Positions 37,789-48,337 of a stretch of 64,000 nt of DNA are shown piece after piece (the first letter of the stretch is position 1; every line of letters begins with the position of its first letter). The notes beneath the pieces are model-generated. The model was not told where the DNA came from. It did no database searches and was given only the letters and a program-made list of their open reading frames with translations. The translations under genes were made by a program, and so were the position numbers. The stretch comes from Candidatus Bathyarchaeota archaeon (GTDB lineage: Archaea; Thermoproteota; Bathyarchaeia; Bathyarchaeales; Bathycorpusculaceae). The stretch covers positions 480,001 through 544,000 of the forward strand of contig OY970280.1 in NCBI GenBank assembly GCA_963715865.1, read 5' to 3'.

Positions 37789-38472
37789 TCATTTTATTCT
37801 TTTCAGGTAGCCTTTCGGATTAAAGGTCAGGTAGAATTTCTCTCTACTTGTATCCACCACAAAGTTTGCGTTTTCAACTAAAAATTCATCAATGGCTTCC
37901 ATAGGACCTGGCCCGAAAACTTTTAGAACGGGATGACCGTTTATGTTTGAGTCTTCCACGATAAGATAGTAGCCTTTACTTACATATCTGCTGTAAATTC
38001 TTAGCTCTTTTATGACGTGGTTTTTGTGATGGTCAGAATCTAGGATCACCATTACTTTGTCTTTATCGTCTATGAATTTTTCAATGCATTCCACAGTTTC
38101 TTTTGATGTTGATGAACCGATTACGTAGTTAATTCTTTTGTGTTTGGGTCTACCTTTCACGTCAGCTATGTCGATAGTGATGATCTTTCCATTGCCGAGC
38201 AAATCGCAAATTGAAGCCAGAAACAGAGCACTTCCTCCACTTGCAGTCCCGCATTCAATTATCGTATCAGGTTTGGTTTCAAAAATAATTTCTTGATAAA
38301 TCATAAGGTCTAACGGGCACTTTTGGATAGGAACCCCTAGCCAACTGTTTTTTTTCCAAACCAACGAGTTATAGTAGAATTGGTGAAATTGTGCGACTAT
38401 GTTTTTCCGGAAGACTATCTCATAATTGAGAAAATTGATCTCAGCATTTGCCAGAGTCTTTAATGGATTCAA
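37789..38472 (-). CDS. CmcI-family (rhamnosyl O-methyltransferase-like) protein
   Basis: WLGVPIQKCPLDL, KPDTIIECGTASGGS, VILDSDH, YLIVED. Confidence 0.85.
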   Translation of the reverse strand: MNPLKTLANAEINFLNYEIVFRKNIVAQFHQFYYNSLVWKKNSWLGVPIQKCPLDLMIYQEIIFETKPDTIIECGTASGGSALFLASICDLLGNGKIITIDIADVKGRPKHKRINYVIGSSTSKETVECIEKFIDDKDKVMVILDSDHHKNHVIKELRIYSRYVSKGYYLIVEDSNINGHPVLKVFGPGPMEAIDEFLVENANFVVDTSREKFYLTFNPKGYLKRIK

Positions 38473-38827
38473 AGGTTTTCTTACCTATATTAGTGAATAG
38501 TTTTATTTAGTGTATCCGCATTGCTATTAACGCTTTTGGCAGGTTAGCCCCACGGTGCCCGCATGCTCGTAGTAATCAACAGAAAAATGTTGACTCAAAA
38601 AACTGACATGGTATACTTGTAGTATCCGCTGAGTTATAGGCATTTTTCTGGTCAGTCTAAGTATGAGTACGTTCCAATTTAAAACCATCGAAGAGCCATC
38701 AACCGAAAGTTGACATGAACCATCATCAACCGAAGACTTGAAAGAACTGCACTCAGAAAGAAATGAAAAAGAGGTAACAGACAAAATTCACCAATCCTTC
38801 CCTAATTGTTACTGTCCATTTTTTTCA

Positions 38828-39862
38828 TCATATTATAAACCTACCCATAAACCATTGCCTAAGAATAGTAATCTTTAAACTTTTCTTAATCATCTCTTTT
38901 TGAATGACATCATCACTCGCAACTCGTATTTTCTGAATCCTAACGCGTAGATATAAAGCGCTTTTAATGTGCGTAATGTTCCATATGACCGACTTTACTA
39001 GCGCTAAAGCCATATCAACTCTTCTTATGGCCAAGTAAAAAACCATTTCACCCGACAAAATTGCAATATATTGAGGAAGTATTCTGATCAGTGTTGAGGT
39101 TGAATAATTCTTCAGCAGAGTCCTCAGAATATTCTTTTCAGCCAAGAATCTTATACCCCCTCGATCAAAAATAGATCTGACGGTTGCCGAACCTTTATGA
39201 TAACTGATAGCAGATGGATTAACTGCTATTTTATACCCGGTCAATTTAACCCGCCAACAAAGGTCTACGTCCTCATAAAGTGCAAAGTATTCAGGATCGA
39301 AACCGCCTACCTTGTCAAAAACTTCATGCTTTATCAGAGATGGGCAACCATAGGCAAAAAAAACAGTTGTCTCAAAATCCCATTGCGTTTTATCTACCTC
39401 ATTTGCGCCTCTCGGTATGCCAAAGCCTAGTATATCTAGTTCGCCACCTACATTATCAATGATTTTAGTTCTCCTATTGTTAACACCAAGTTTCAAGGTT
39501 TTAGACGCGCAGACGCCAATAGCAGGATCAGACTCCACCATTTTCACCATCTCCTTGATTAAGTTGGAGTCAACCTCCATGTCGTTGGCCAAGAAGAGGA
39601 GATAATCGCCAGATGCGTGCTGTGCCCCGATGTTACACCCTTTAGAAAATCCCACATTCGTCTCATTTTTGAAAATGGTAAATTCAGGAAAATGGTTTTT
39701 CACGAAATCAACACTTCCATCAGTAGAGCCATTATCTAGAATAATCACTTCATAGTTACTGTAATCTAATTTCTTAACTGATGACAAGAATTGCTCCAGA
39801 AGTCTCTTGCCATTATAGGTCAAAATAATTACACTTACCTTTTTTACCTGTGAACTGGCCAT
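38828..39862 (-). CDS. GT2 glycosyltransferase
   Basis: ILTYNG, DNGSTDGS, LANDM, EDVDLCWR. Confidence 0.9.
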   Translation of the reverse strand: MASSQVKKVSVIILTYNGKRLLEQFLSSVKKLDYSNYEVIILDNGSTDGSVDFVKNHFPEFTIFKNETNVGFSKGCNIGAQHASGDYLLFLANDMEVDSNLIKEMVKMVESDPAIGVCASKTLKLGVNNRRTKIIDNVGGELDILGFGIPRGANEVDKTQWDFETTVFFAYGCPSLIKHEVFDKVGGFDPEYFALYEDVDLCWRVKLTGYKIAVNPSAISYHKGSATVRSIFDRGGIRFLAEKNILRTLLKNYSTSTLIRILPQYIAILSGEMVFYLAIRRVDMALALVKSVIWNITHIKSALYLRVRIQKIRVASDDVIQKEMIKKSLKITILRQWFMGRFII

Positions 39863-40124
39863 TTAAACCACCGTTTTTTTTTAGCGCACGCTTACCAACG
39901 AAGATCTCAGTACCAGAAGAACACTTGAACGGGTCAAATCTAACTATGAATAGGATATGCATAAGAGATTAGCTTCATTTCTTTATGGGCGGTAATTGCA
40001 ATTTGTAAGATATAAGGTCTTATCAGAGAATTGAGGGAGGGGAGAGCACACACTTGTTGATTGTTCAAATTGGCAGTTACTTGATTGAAATTCCTGTTTT
40101 GCAAACATTTATCGTACAACACAT

Positions 40125-41327
40125 TCATTTTTGTAAGCCTTCTATCAGCAGTATTTCTTGTTTTGCAACTTTGTCCCAATCATATCTTTCCATGAATTTC
40201 TGACCTGCAAGGCCAAAAATTCGTCTCAACTCGTCATTAGTGAGAAAATTCATGATGGCATCTGCGAATTGCTTCAGATCGCCTAAAGGAACCTTCGAAA
40301 TATTTTCCCCGTATAAGTCTTTGTATATGGGCAGATCATAGGCGACTACAGGTAGTCCACAAGCCATCGCTTCAGCTATGACAATTGCAAAACTTTCATA
40401 GTGACTTGGGCATAAGAAAATGCCGCTCGATTTTAGCAATAGAAACTTCTCATCGCCAGTTTGGGAGCCAACTAGGACTACATTATCGGAAAGACTGTTT
40501 TCTGTTATTGCCGCCGTGACTTTTTCTGTTATCGATGCTGAACCACTTCCTATTATGCATAATTTGGCGTTTGGCTTCTTTTCACAGATCAATTTCCATA
40601 TTCTTATTAAATCAAAAATGCCTTTTTGCGGATGAAAACGTCCAAGAAAAACTCCATCGTATAGCTTGACATCAGTTTTTAAACTGTTTATGTGATCATA
40701 ATCTACGCCGCCATTAACCACGCTCACTTTAGACTCATCAACGCCTTTGTTGTATACTAGATATTCTTTGTCCATCTTGTTCAGAACCAACATTTGATCA
40801 GCCCAACGTTTTCCCCAGGATATAGTGAACTGTTGACTTAAGAAATAAAGCAACCGCCGAGGTGTTGGCACCGAAAGTCGATTATTTTTGTCAAAACTTT
40901 GGGTGTAATCTCTAAATAGATTTGGAACAACCAAAAAGATACAGGTAATCCATTTCATTTTTCTTTTTCTCAACTTCCAAACGAAAGCAGGAAAAGCATC
41001 CCACAAAAAGTCCGAAGGAGAATATAAAATACCCTTTTCAGTTGGTAAGCTGGAAAGACTTACCCGAATAGTACGAAAAACAGAATCAAGAAAAGAACTG
41101 AAATAGCTTGATGTCCTTTTTAGAAAAAACGGTGAAACTTTGTAGTTCGCGTTTATACCATTTTTCATAAAAGTGTTGCATACGCCTTTTGATGAAATCA
41201 CATATAGATTAACACCTTTTTCTCTACTGATCCTTTTCATAATCTCAATCAGACGAATAGTTCCACCACTTAAATACACAGTATCTGGCGGTTCTGGACC
41301 TTGACCATTAATTATTATGTTTAACAT
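40125..41327 (-). CDS. GT4 glycosyltransferase
   Basis: FLGRFHPQKG, PSHYESFAIVIAEAMACGLPVV. Confidence 0.9.
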   Translation of the reverse strand: MLNIIINGQGPEPPDTVYLSGGTIRLIEIMKRISREKGVNLYVISSKGVCNTFMKNGINANYKVSPFFLKRTSSYFSSFLDSVFRTIRVSLSSLPTEKGILYSPSDFLWDAFPAFVWKLRKRKMKWITCIFLVVPNLFRDYTQSFDKNNRLSVPTPRRLLYFLSQQFTISWGKRWADQMLVLNKMDKEYLVYNKGVDESKVSVVNGGVDYDHINSLKTDVKLYDGVFLGRFHPQKGIFDLIRIWKLICEKKPNAKLCIIGSGSASITEKVTAAITENSLSDNVVLVGSQTGDEKFLLLKSSGIFLCPSHYESFAIVIAEAMACGLPVVAYDLPIYKDLYGENISKVPLGDLKQFADAIMNFLTNDELRRIFGLAGQKFMERYDWDKVAKQEILLIEGLQK

Positions 41328-42106
41328 TATAAAATCCCATTATCTTGAGTTTTAATTACGGGATATTCAAACTTTAAGAGTAATTTCGTTGCAACCATAA
41401 GATCTGAAGAAGTGTTTACGTTAATATTCATCCCATTGATTAAAGCGGCATAGGCCCGTCCTTTTTTTGCAATCAGTCCTATAGTATCGGTAATTTCTTT
41501 TTCGTTACGTTTACTCGAAGCGGGGGTTATTTCAATAAAATCAAAAACTTTGGGATCAAACAGATACACTCCTACGCCGCGTAGATTAGATTTTGGAGCC
41601 GAAGGCTTTTCAATGATTTCCTTTATTTTGCCGGCATTACCCAAAGCAATACAACAAGCTCTCTTAATTGCCTCAACATTATTTTCAGGTACAGCACCCT
41701 CTACAACCCACGCATTTTTTTCCCAAAAAGTCTCAACAAGATTGCTAAGAGAACTTGTAATTGTTAGGTCGTCGCCTAAAATTACCGAAAAAGGCTCGCT
41801 AACGAAATTCTTTGCCAAGCTAATTGCATGCGCGATTCCTCTCAGAGGGTTCTGCTCTATATATGTTATATGTAAACTAAAATCCTCGCCGTTGCCAAAG
41901 TACTCTTGGATTATTTCTTTCTTGAATCCTACAATCACATATACGTCCTCAACGCCCATTCGTTGCATATTCTCTATTACATACTCCAAAATTGGCTTAT
42001 TCAGAATGGGCAGCAAACACTTAGGAAGCACGCGCGTTAGGGGAAGACTGTTTAAACGACGACCATACCCTGCAGCGGGAATAACTCCTACCTTAATTTT
42101 TTTCAT
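41327..42106 (-). CDS. sugar-1-phosphate nucleotidyltransferase (short RfbA-like)
   Basis: PAAGYGRRL, PKCLLPI, LGDD, EKEITDTI. Confidence 0.85.
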   Translation of the reverse strand: MKKIKVGVIPAAGYGRRLNSLPLTRVLPKCLLPILNKPILEYVIENMQRMGVEDVYVIVGFKKEIIQEYFGNGEDFSLHITYIEQNPLRGIAHAISLAKNFVSEPFSVILGDDLTITSSLSNLVETFWEKNAWVVEGAVPENNVEAIKRACCIALGNAGKIKEIIEKPSAPKSNLRGVGVYLFDPKVFDFIEITPASSKRNEKEITDTIGLIAKKGRAYAALINGMNINVNTSSDLMVATKLLLKFEYPVIKTQDNGIL

Positions 42107-42123
42107 CTAATCAGGCCTCACCT

Positions 42124-43181
42124 TTATTGGAGGATTAGAATGTAATACGAGTCGCTCCGCCTTAGATTGTTTTTCAAGAAACAGCCGGAGAAGCCAAGGA
42201 TTAAATGGATGCATAACCTGAAGGATTTCTTTATCAGAAACGGTCCTAAAACTTGAAGTTTCCGACCTTTTTCTGTAAAATAACCCTGAGATCTGTCATA
42301 ACTTGCAGAATACCCTTTAATGCTGCATATGATATTTTCAAGTTTTTCTTTACTGTTAGCTAAATAAACGATTTTTATCATCTCTACCGTTAAGATTATT
42401 GGCGAAAGTTTAAGCAGAGTTTCTATTTCATAATTTTTTATGAGGGTAACAAGGTGATTTCTAGTATACCACGTAACATTGTTAATTCTTTGAAAGTATG
42501 TAGCTCCGACAGTGCCTCCTCTGGCATGATAAACTATTGCTTTTGGAACGAAAAACACTTTATAACCGCCCAAACGGGCTCGCCAAGAAAGATCCATATC
42601 ATCATATTCCATAAAGAAATAGTCGTCAAATACGCCTACTTTGTTAATAACTTCCCTCTTGATCGCGAACGCCATTCCTTCTGCAAAGAACACTTCATAA
42701 TTTATTTTTGAGGAAGCATAACTATAGGAATAGCCAAACCTGTCTAGATAATTCATTCCAGAGTCGGGAGTTCTTCGATCCCACATAGAGAGAGAGTTAC
42801 ACTGAACCATACCAATATGTTTGTCTGCTTTCATGACCTTGGCAATTTCTTTGATCCAATTGGATCTCGACTATCATGTCATTGCTTACGCATACAATTA
42901 TTTCGCCCTTCGCAATTCTCATGCCCTGATTGTTGGCAGGAGACCAGCCTAAATTCGCAGTATTCTGAATTATCTTTAAACGTGCATCGTTTGTAAACAT
43001 GCCTTTGACGAATCCAACACTCCCATCAGTGGAACCGTTATCCACAAAAATTATCTCCAATTTGTCTCTCAGGATAATTACTCGCCAAAATAGACTCAAA
43101 CAACTGTTTAAGCCACTTTTTCCCATTTAAACTAACGGTTATTACAGAGATTGTTGGCCATTCCGTCTTGATTTCTTGCAC
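42124..43181 (-). pseudogene. GT2 glycosyltransferase split by at least three frameshifts
   Basis: N-terminus PTISVITVSLNGKKWL from GTG 43181; shifts near 43075, 42865 and 42350. Confidence 0.8.
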
Positions 43182-43315
43182 GGTTCACCAGTCCAGTTGT
43201 TTTTTAAGTACTTCTTTTTCATCAAATAATAAGTTATTGCCTTGAAGAAGGAAATAACTGGCAGATTTGGCCAGAAAATTCAATTCTTTATGAGATATGT
43301 ATGGTAACTGCAAAA

Positions 43316-44185
43316 TCATGGTAAGTGCCGTACAAAAGCTCCCAATGCGACAGAAACCGTTTGCACAATTTTCATGACGAAAATTCCAACGTAATGCAAT
43401 GGGTCGGTAATAAAGTAATTACGATGTCTGAAAAAAGAAGGTCGAATTATTGATATTTGCTTCAATCCGCTTAAACCATGCTTTTTGGTGAACAAACCCA
43501 GCGAACCAGTTTTCCCATAGCTAAACATTCTTATTACAACTTCGCCCAGAGAAGAAGGCTCACCAAGATGCCATAGGGCAGAATCCTGCAACGAAGACAC
43601 CCGACACCCTGATTCAAGCAGCCTATTATGGAGATCATAATCTTCCCAAGCAACAATAGTTTCATCATAGCCACCTACCGCCAAGAAAACACTTCGATCA
43701 ATGAATCGTGGGGCAACATTAACCATATCATCCAACAACATTTTCTGTTCCAACATCCTACAGGATACCCAAAAATTATTCGGCCCATTCGGATGTGGCA
43801 AAACTGGAACCACAATAGCCTCAGCCCCCTTATGGCAGAGCTTGAGACATTTTTCTATAAGGTCCTTGTCCAAAACCATGTCTGAGTCGACGCGAAGAAT
43901 GTATTTCCCACTCGCGTAGGATACACCGTGATTCATTTGAGCTGATCTTTCTGGTCCTTTCGTTAAAGTTTTCACTCCGAGACTTTCAGCCATTCTTTTT
44001 GTTCCGTCTGAACTATAGTTGTCAATGACGATTATCTCAATATTCTGATAAGTTTGCGCCTTAACTGATTCAATGCATTTCTCTATTGTGCTACCTGAGT
44101 TATATGTTGGAATTAAAACGGAAACTAACGGTTTATCCTCCGGAAGGTTGACTTGATTTCTCAGAGAATTATTTGTTTTTTCCAA
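43316..44185 (-). CDS. GT2 glycosyltransferase
   Basis: SVLIPTYN, IDNYSSDGT, RVDSDM, EDYDL. Confidence 0.9.
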   Translation of the reverse strand: MEKTNNSLRNQVNLPEDKPLVSVLIPTYNSGSTIEKCIESVKAQTYQNIEIIVIDNYSSDGTKRMAESLGVKTLTKGPERSAQMNHGVSYASGKYILRVDSDMVLDKDLIEKCLKLCHKGAEAIVVPVLPHPNGPNNFWVSCRMLEQKMLLDDMVNVAPRFIDRSVFLAVGGYDETIVAWEDYDLHNRLLESGCRVSSLQDSALWHLGEPSSLGEVVIRMFSYGKTGSLGLFTKKHGLSGLKQISIIRPSFFRHRNYFITDPLHYVGIFVMKIVQTVSVALGAFVRHLP

Positions 44186-45641
44186 AATCTTTCACGTGCC
44201 CTAAGACTTTTGCTGCACCCTTAACTGAATATTTAACATCTCTGAGTGAGCGTATTCTAACAAGTTGTTTGAGCATGTATTGTGGTGTTAAGAATACTTT
44301 GTATATTTCGTCGCAGAGTTTCATTACTTCTTCAGGCGTCATATCAGGCGTAGTCATGACAGGTTCTTTCATGTCGAAACGTTCATAATCCTTCGGGTCA
44401 ACTCGGAACCACCCATTCTTCAAGGCTTCAGCGTACAATTTACTACCTGGATAAGGAATAACAACGGTAGACTGCAGGGTAACAGCCCAGCCTTTCTGCA
44501 TCATCGTTTTTGCAACATTCAAAGTACTTAAGGCGTCTTGGCGTGTTTCCCATGGATAACCCACCATAATCGTTATGTGCGGTTCTAACCCTTCTTCTCG
44601 GGGTATTCTGCACTCGTTCATGATATCGTCGATTCGTGTTCCTTTGTTAAGCCTGTCAAGTGTAGCTTGGCTTCCAGATTCCACACCGAAAAGAAGCATT
44701 CGGAAACCCGCCTTCTTCATTAACCGATAATCATCCCGTGTTAATGCTCCAAATCGCATGTTGCAGCTAAACTGGACTTTTTTGTTATATCCTCGTTCGA
44801 TCATCAGGTTGGCGAAGCGTCTAAGCCATTCTCCCGCTGGAAAACAGCCAGTGTCATCAAACACTGACTTAACGCCGTAATTTTCAATTAACAATCCAAT
44901 CTCGTCTGCTAATCGTTCAGGCTTCATCGCTCGGAAAGTGGGATACAAGGTTGGCCAGGAGCAGAAGGTGCAGCCACCGTCTTTCCTCCACCAACAGTCG
45001 CGACCTGCCATAGTGTAGGCGCCTGGAGTAACCTTGAAGTTGCCGTTTCGCTCGTTGTAAAGCTGCCACTTCGTCAAGTCACGATTAATATGTGGTAAAT
45101 CGTCCAAACTATGATTTAATTTGAACTGCCCAGTATTTTTTATGTTTCCATTTTCTCGATACCAAACTCCAGACTCAAGCTGCTTCACCTTGCCACATAG
45201 AAAGTTAACCAAGTTCAGCAGCAGAAAGTCATAGTCGCCACCTGTGAGAACAAAATCAACTTGACTTTGCTCCATTGATTCCTGAGGCAATGCAGTAACA
45301 TGATCGCCAACCAAAACAACTTTTGAAGCGGAAAGAACCTTTTTCACATCACTAATCATAGCCCAGTGCTTTTTAACCACAGGAGTTTTGGTCTCAATCA
45401 TGATGACATCGGGACTACTATGCTCAAGGTCGTTTAGCCACTGGTTGTAACTTTTCTCTTCGGCAATACCGTCATCCCATATAACTTCATAACCTGAGTT
45501 ATCCAACATCGTTGCGGCATATGCGGGAACAACAGGGTAAATGTAGGTTGGTGATTTGAAGTATTGAAATTGCCTGTTTTGTGATAGGAGCGGAACTCCT
45601 TTATCTGAATTTATTGGGGGATAAGAGATGCTGATTTTCAT
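44169..45641 (-). CDS. B12-binding radical SAM protein
   Basis: N-terminal cobalamin-binding-like domain; CWWRKDGGCTFC; FGVESG; IMVGYPWET. Confidence 0.88.
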   Translation of the reverse strand: MKISISYPPINSDKGVPLLSQNRQFQYFKSPTYIYPVVPAYAATMLDNSGYEVIWDDGIAEEKSYNQWLNDLEHSSPDVIMIETKTPVVKKHWAMISDVKKVLSASKVVLVGDHVTALPQESMEQSQVDFVLTGGDYDFLLLNLVNFLCGKVKQLESGVWYRENGNIKNTGQFKLNHSLDDLPHINRDLTKWQLYNERNGNFKVTPGAYTMAGRDCWWRKDGGCTFCSWPTLYPTFRAMKPERLADEIGLLIENYGVKSVFDDTGCFPAGEWLRRFANLMIERGYNKKVQFSCNMRFGALTRDDYRLMKKAGFRMLLFGVESGSQATLDRLNKGTRIDDIMNECRIPREEGLEPHITIMVGYPWETRQDALSTLNVAKTMMQKGWAVTLQSTVVIPYPGSKLYAEALKNGWFRVDPKDYERFDMKEPVMTTPDMTPEEVMKLCDEIYKVFLTPQYMLKQLVRIRSLRDVKYSVKGAAKVLGHVKDFGKNK

Positions 45642-46594
45642 CGTTTCAAATCACGCTTCGCTAGGCCAGATAAAAAGAAGGATCCGTAGACTAAGTGTGT
45701 TGCGATTATGCCTAACCATACTGAAAGGAGAAGCTTCATGCCCTTCACCTGCAACGCCGCTGCAGTTAAACTCAATACAAGGTACAGTGCTACACCTAAT
45801 AGTACAACATATGCAAAGAGCGGAAAAAATACTGAAAGGACTATTCCTACGATAAGAGAGGAGACAAGCAGGGACGGAAAGAAATAAGTGAGCTTCGCGG
45901 AGTTCTCTGGGAACCTTTTGGCAAAGAATCCTCTGTGTTCCCCAAATCTTGAAACTTGCCTGAGGTGTGGTTTAAAAAGTGAACGCCGATGATGATAGAC
46001 CGCTACATCAGATGATTCAATCAATTTTCTGCCTATTTTTCTTATTGCCAAGCACATGAGCGTGTCTTCACCTGGCCAGTATTTTTCATTCCATCCACCA
46101 GCCTCTTTTATTATCGCTTTTCGAGCTATGAAATTGCATGAGTGTATGTCGTCTGATTCGAAACAGCTTTTAGTTTTGTACCTACTCGATAAATTGCCGA
46201 CCATAAATGACGAAAGAACGTAACCGCCAGCCTTTTGAAGCAAACCATCTGTTTCAGGTGTTAATCCAGGCCCCCCGACACCACCAACCTGTGGATCTTC
46301 AAGATGCTTTAAAGCGTTGGTTAACCAGTCACTTCGGGGATAAGCGTCGTTATCGATGAAAGCACAGAACTCGCCATTTGAGCTTTTAACGCCCATGTTA
46401 CGTTTGACTCCTGGAGCTACCGGTCCAGTGGCTATGACTCTAACGCCATCAATCGCTTCGGTGGGATAATCAGGTAACAATATTATCTCAAAATTTGGGT
46501 AATCCAAGCGTCTACAATATTCAATACATTCTCTCGTGTAATCGTCCACGTCTTTGCAAGGAATAATAATTGAAACAAGTGCCTTTGAGGACAT
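45638..46594 (-). CDS. GT2 glycosyltransferase with C-terminal membrane helices
   Basis: SIIIPC, FIDNDAYP, PGEDT. Confidence 0.9.
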   Translation of the reverse strand: MSSKALVSIIIPCKDVDDYTRECIEYCRRLDYPNFEIILLPDYPTEAIDGVRVIATGPVAPGVKRNMGVKSSNGEFCAFIDNDAYPRSDWLTNALKHLEDPQVGGVGGPGLTPETDGLLQKAGGYVLSSFMVGNLSSRYKTKSCFESDDIHSCNFIARKAIIKEAGGWNEKYWPGEDTLMCLAIRKIGRKLIESSDVAVYHHRRSLFKPHLRQVSRFGEHRGFFAKRFPENSAKLTYFFPSLLVSSLIVGIVLSVFFPLFAYVVLLGVALYLVLSLTAAALQVKGMKLLLSVWLGIIATHLVYGSFFLSGLAKRDLKR

Positions 46595-47367
46595 TAAGGT
46601 TCACGAAGAACAAATGAAACCATGTTTTGAAAACCGTTTTTCTTAGAAAGCGGACGCTGATACCAATGTATGATCCGAAGTCTGTACGCTATTCCAAGCA
46701 AATCAACAAACATGTGCAACATCTCCTTTGGCTTAAACGAAGCATCTAACTTGATATTTACAGGCATCTCTACCACTTTTAAGCCATAAAGATGCGCCAC
46801 AGATAACAACTCAACATCGAAAGCATAACGCTTCACAGCCAATCTGGGGAAAATGTCAATGAACGCACTCTTTTTCATTGCTTTAAGCCCGGACTGGGTA
46901 TCTTTGAGAGGCACGCCGGTGAGAAGACGAACTAAACCATTGAAGCCTTCACTCAAAATTCTCCTAGACACAGGCACCTTCACATGCGAATCCCTATGCC
47001 TTTTAGAAGCGATAACGATGTCACAATGCTTCAAAGCCTCAAGATATTCTGAGATTGCGCTAAAATCAATTTCCATGTCACTATCCGCAAAAACCACGAT
47101 GCTCCCATTAGCCTTCGTAAAACCAGTCTTAACCGCAAACCCTTTCCCCACATTCTTGGTGTAGCTTACCACCCTGACATGCCCATTTTTCCCAGCGTAC
47201 CTCCTCGCTTTTGCTAAAGTGCCATCTCTGCTCCCGTCATCCACAACAACAATTTCATACGGCAAATTCTTATCCGCAATAACCGCCTCTATTGACTCAA
47301 GCATGTCCTCAATGAAGTCTTCCTCATTGTATGCTGGAATAACAAAAGATAATTCTACTTGCTCCAT
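46594..47367 (-). CDS. polyprenol-phosphate glycosyltransferase (DPM/DPG synthase-like GT2)
   Basis: VDDGSRDGT, NVGKGFAVKTG, FADSD, DTQSGLK, FDVELL. Confidence 0.88.
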   Translation of the reverse strand: MEQVELSFVIPAYNEEDFIEDMLESIEAVIADKNLPYEIVVVDDGSRDGTLAKARRYAGKNGHVRVVSYTKNVGKGFAVKTGFTKANGSIVVFADSDMEIDFSAISEYLEALKHCDIVIASKRHRDSHVKVPVSRRILSEGFNGLVRLLTGVPLKDTQSGLKAMKKSAFIDIFPRLAVKRYAFDVELLSVAHLYGLKVVEMPVNIKLDASFKPKEMLHMFVDLLGIAYRLRIIHWYQRPLSKKNGFQNMVSFVLREP

Positions 47368-47618
47368 TAAACAGCCACCTCATCATCGCTTTTTCCGCGA
47401 TATTTCAGAAAGCAAGAAAGTTGGAGAAAAACTCCAGCGATCAGGGCATAATACGCGTAAACGGCTACAGTGTCAGCTAAGGAAGACAAGCCTGCAGATA
47501 AGGAAACAGCCGCACTGAGCAAAAGCAGCATAAACCCAACTATAAAGGGAGAGCCCCAATTCTCCTTAACGTACCCTTTAACTTTAACCGTAATCTTGTT
47601 GAAGCCAATTTGAGTCAT
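47367..47618 (-). CDS. small membrane protein
   Basis: Two hydrophobic helices; stop/start overlap with next gene. Confidence 0.65.
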   Translation of the reverse strand: MTQIGFNKITVKVKGYVKENWGSPFIVGFMLLLLSAAVSLSAGLSSLADTVAVYAYYALIAGVFLQLSCFLKYRGKSDDEVAV

Positions 47619-47758
47619 GTTATAGAGGCACTGTTCTTCTAGTTTAAAAGCGAAGCTCAGAATTTAACATTTGCTATAATCTCGGAGCACCGTTAAACGA
47701 AAAACCTCTAAAGATCCAGATAAAATAGGATCATGGCATAAAAATTTTAGAAACATTG

Positions 47759-48154
47759 CTATCTTTTGAATATTTTAACATTATTAATATGCATAACAGC
47801 TAAAAAGACTGCGAACGAAGAATCAAATACCCAACCACCAGCAGAAATATTTCCTAACTTCTGAGCCGTGAAACTTATTTTTTGAGCCAGAGGCAAACCA
47901 ATTTCCCTCAAACGACTTGAAAAGCTGCTTTTTATAGCATCTTCCAGCTTCCTTGTGAGCACAGCGATACTTTTTGCTAACTTTGCACTTCGGACGGTAT
48001 CTACAACTCTTATTGTTAAATCAAAGAGTACTCTGTCTATTCTCTGCAATGCTTTGAACCATGCGCCAGAACGCATAGCTTTAGTTTTCAGATTTACCAA
48101 TTGTTTTTTATCAAGGAAGCGAAAAACACCACCATTTTGTGCAACTTTAGACAT
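47759..48154 (-). CDS. hypothetical protein
   Basis: 131 aa ORF co-oriented in the glycan operon. Confidence 0.6.
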   Translation of the reverse strand: MSKVAQNGGVFRFLDKKQLVNLKTKAMRSGAWFKALQRIDRVLFDLTIRVVDTVRSAKLAKSIAVLTRKLEDAIKSSFSSRLREIGLPLAQKISFTAQKLGNISAGGWVFDSSFAVFLAVMHINNVKIFKR

Positions 48155-48337
48155 CGTTTGTTTCCTTTCTCATACGGTTATTTTTAGCAACACTCTTTGT
48201 GAGTATTTATGAATTATGCATGTTAAATGAAATTTAACCTTTCAGTATTTAGGCTCAGAATATTATTTAAGTCTTGATTTACGCAATTTTTCGTAAGCTA
48301 AACCATATCTTGAAATTTCGTCATATTCGAAGCTAAT

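Noticed and set aside
38527-38784. 85 aa Ser-rich ORF with short CATCAACCGAA repeats
   Set aside because: Low complexity and only two repeat units; no support as gene or array.
43190-43315. Possible 3' remnant of another gene (FWPNLPVISFFKAITYYL...)
   Set aside because: Too short to assign a family.
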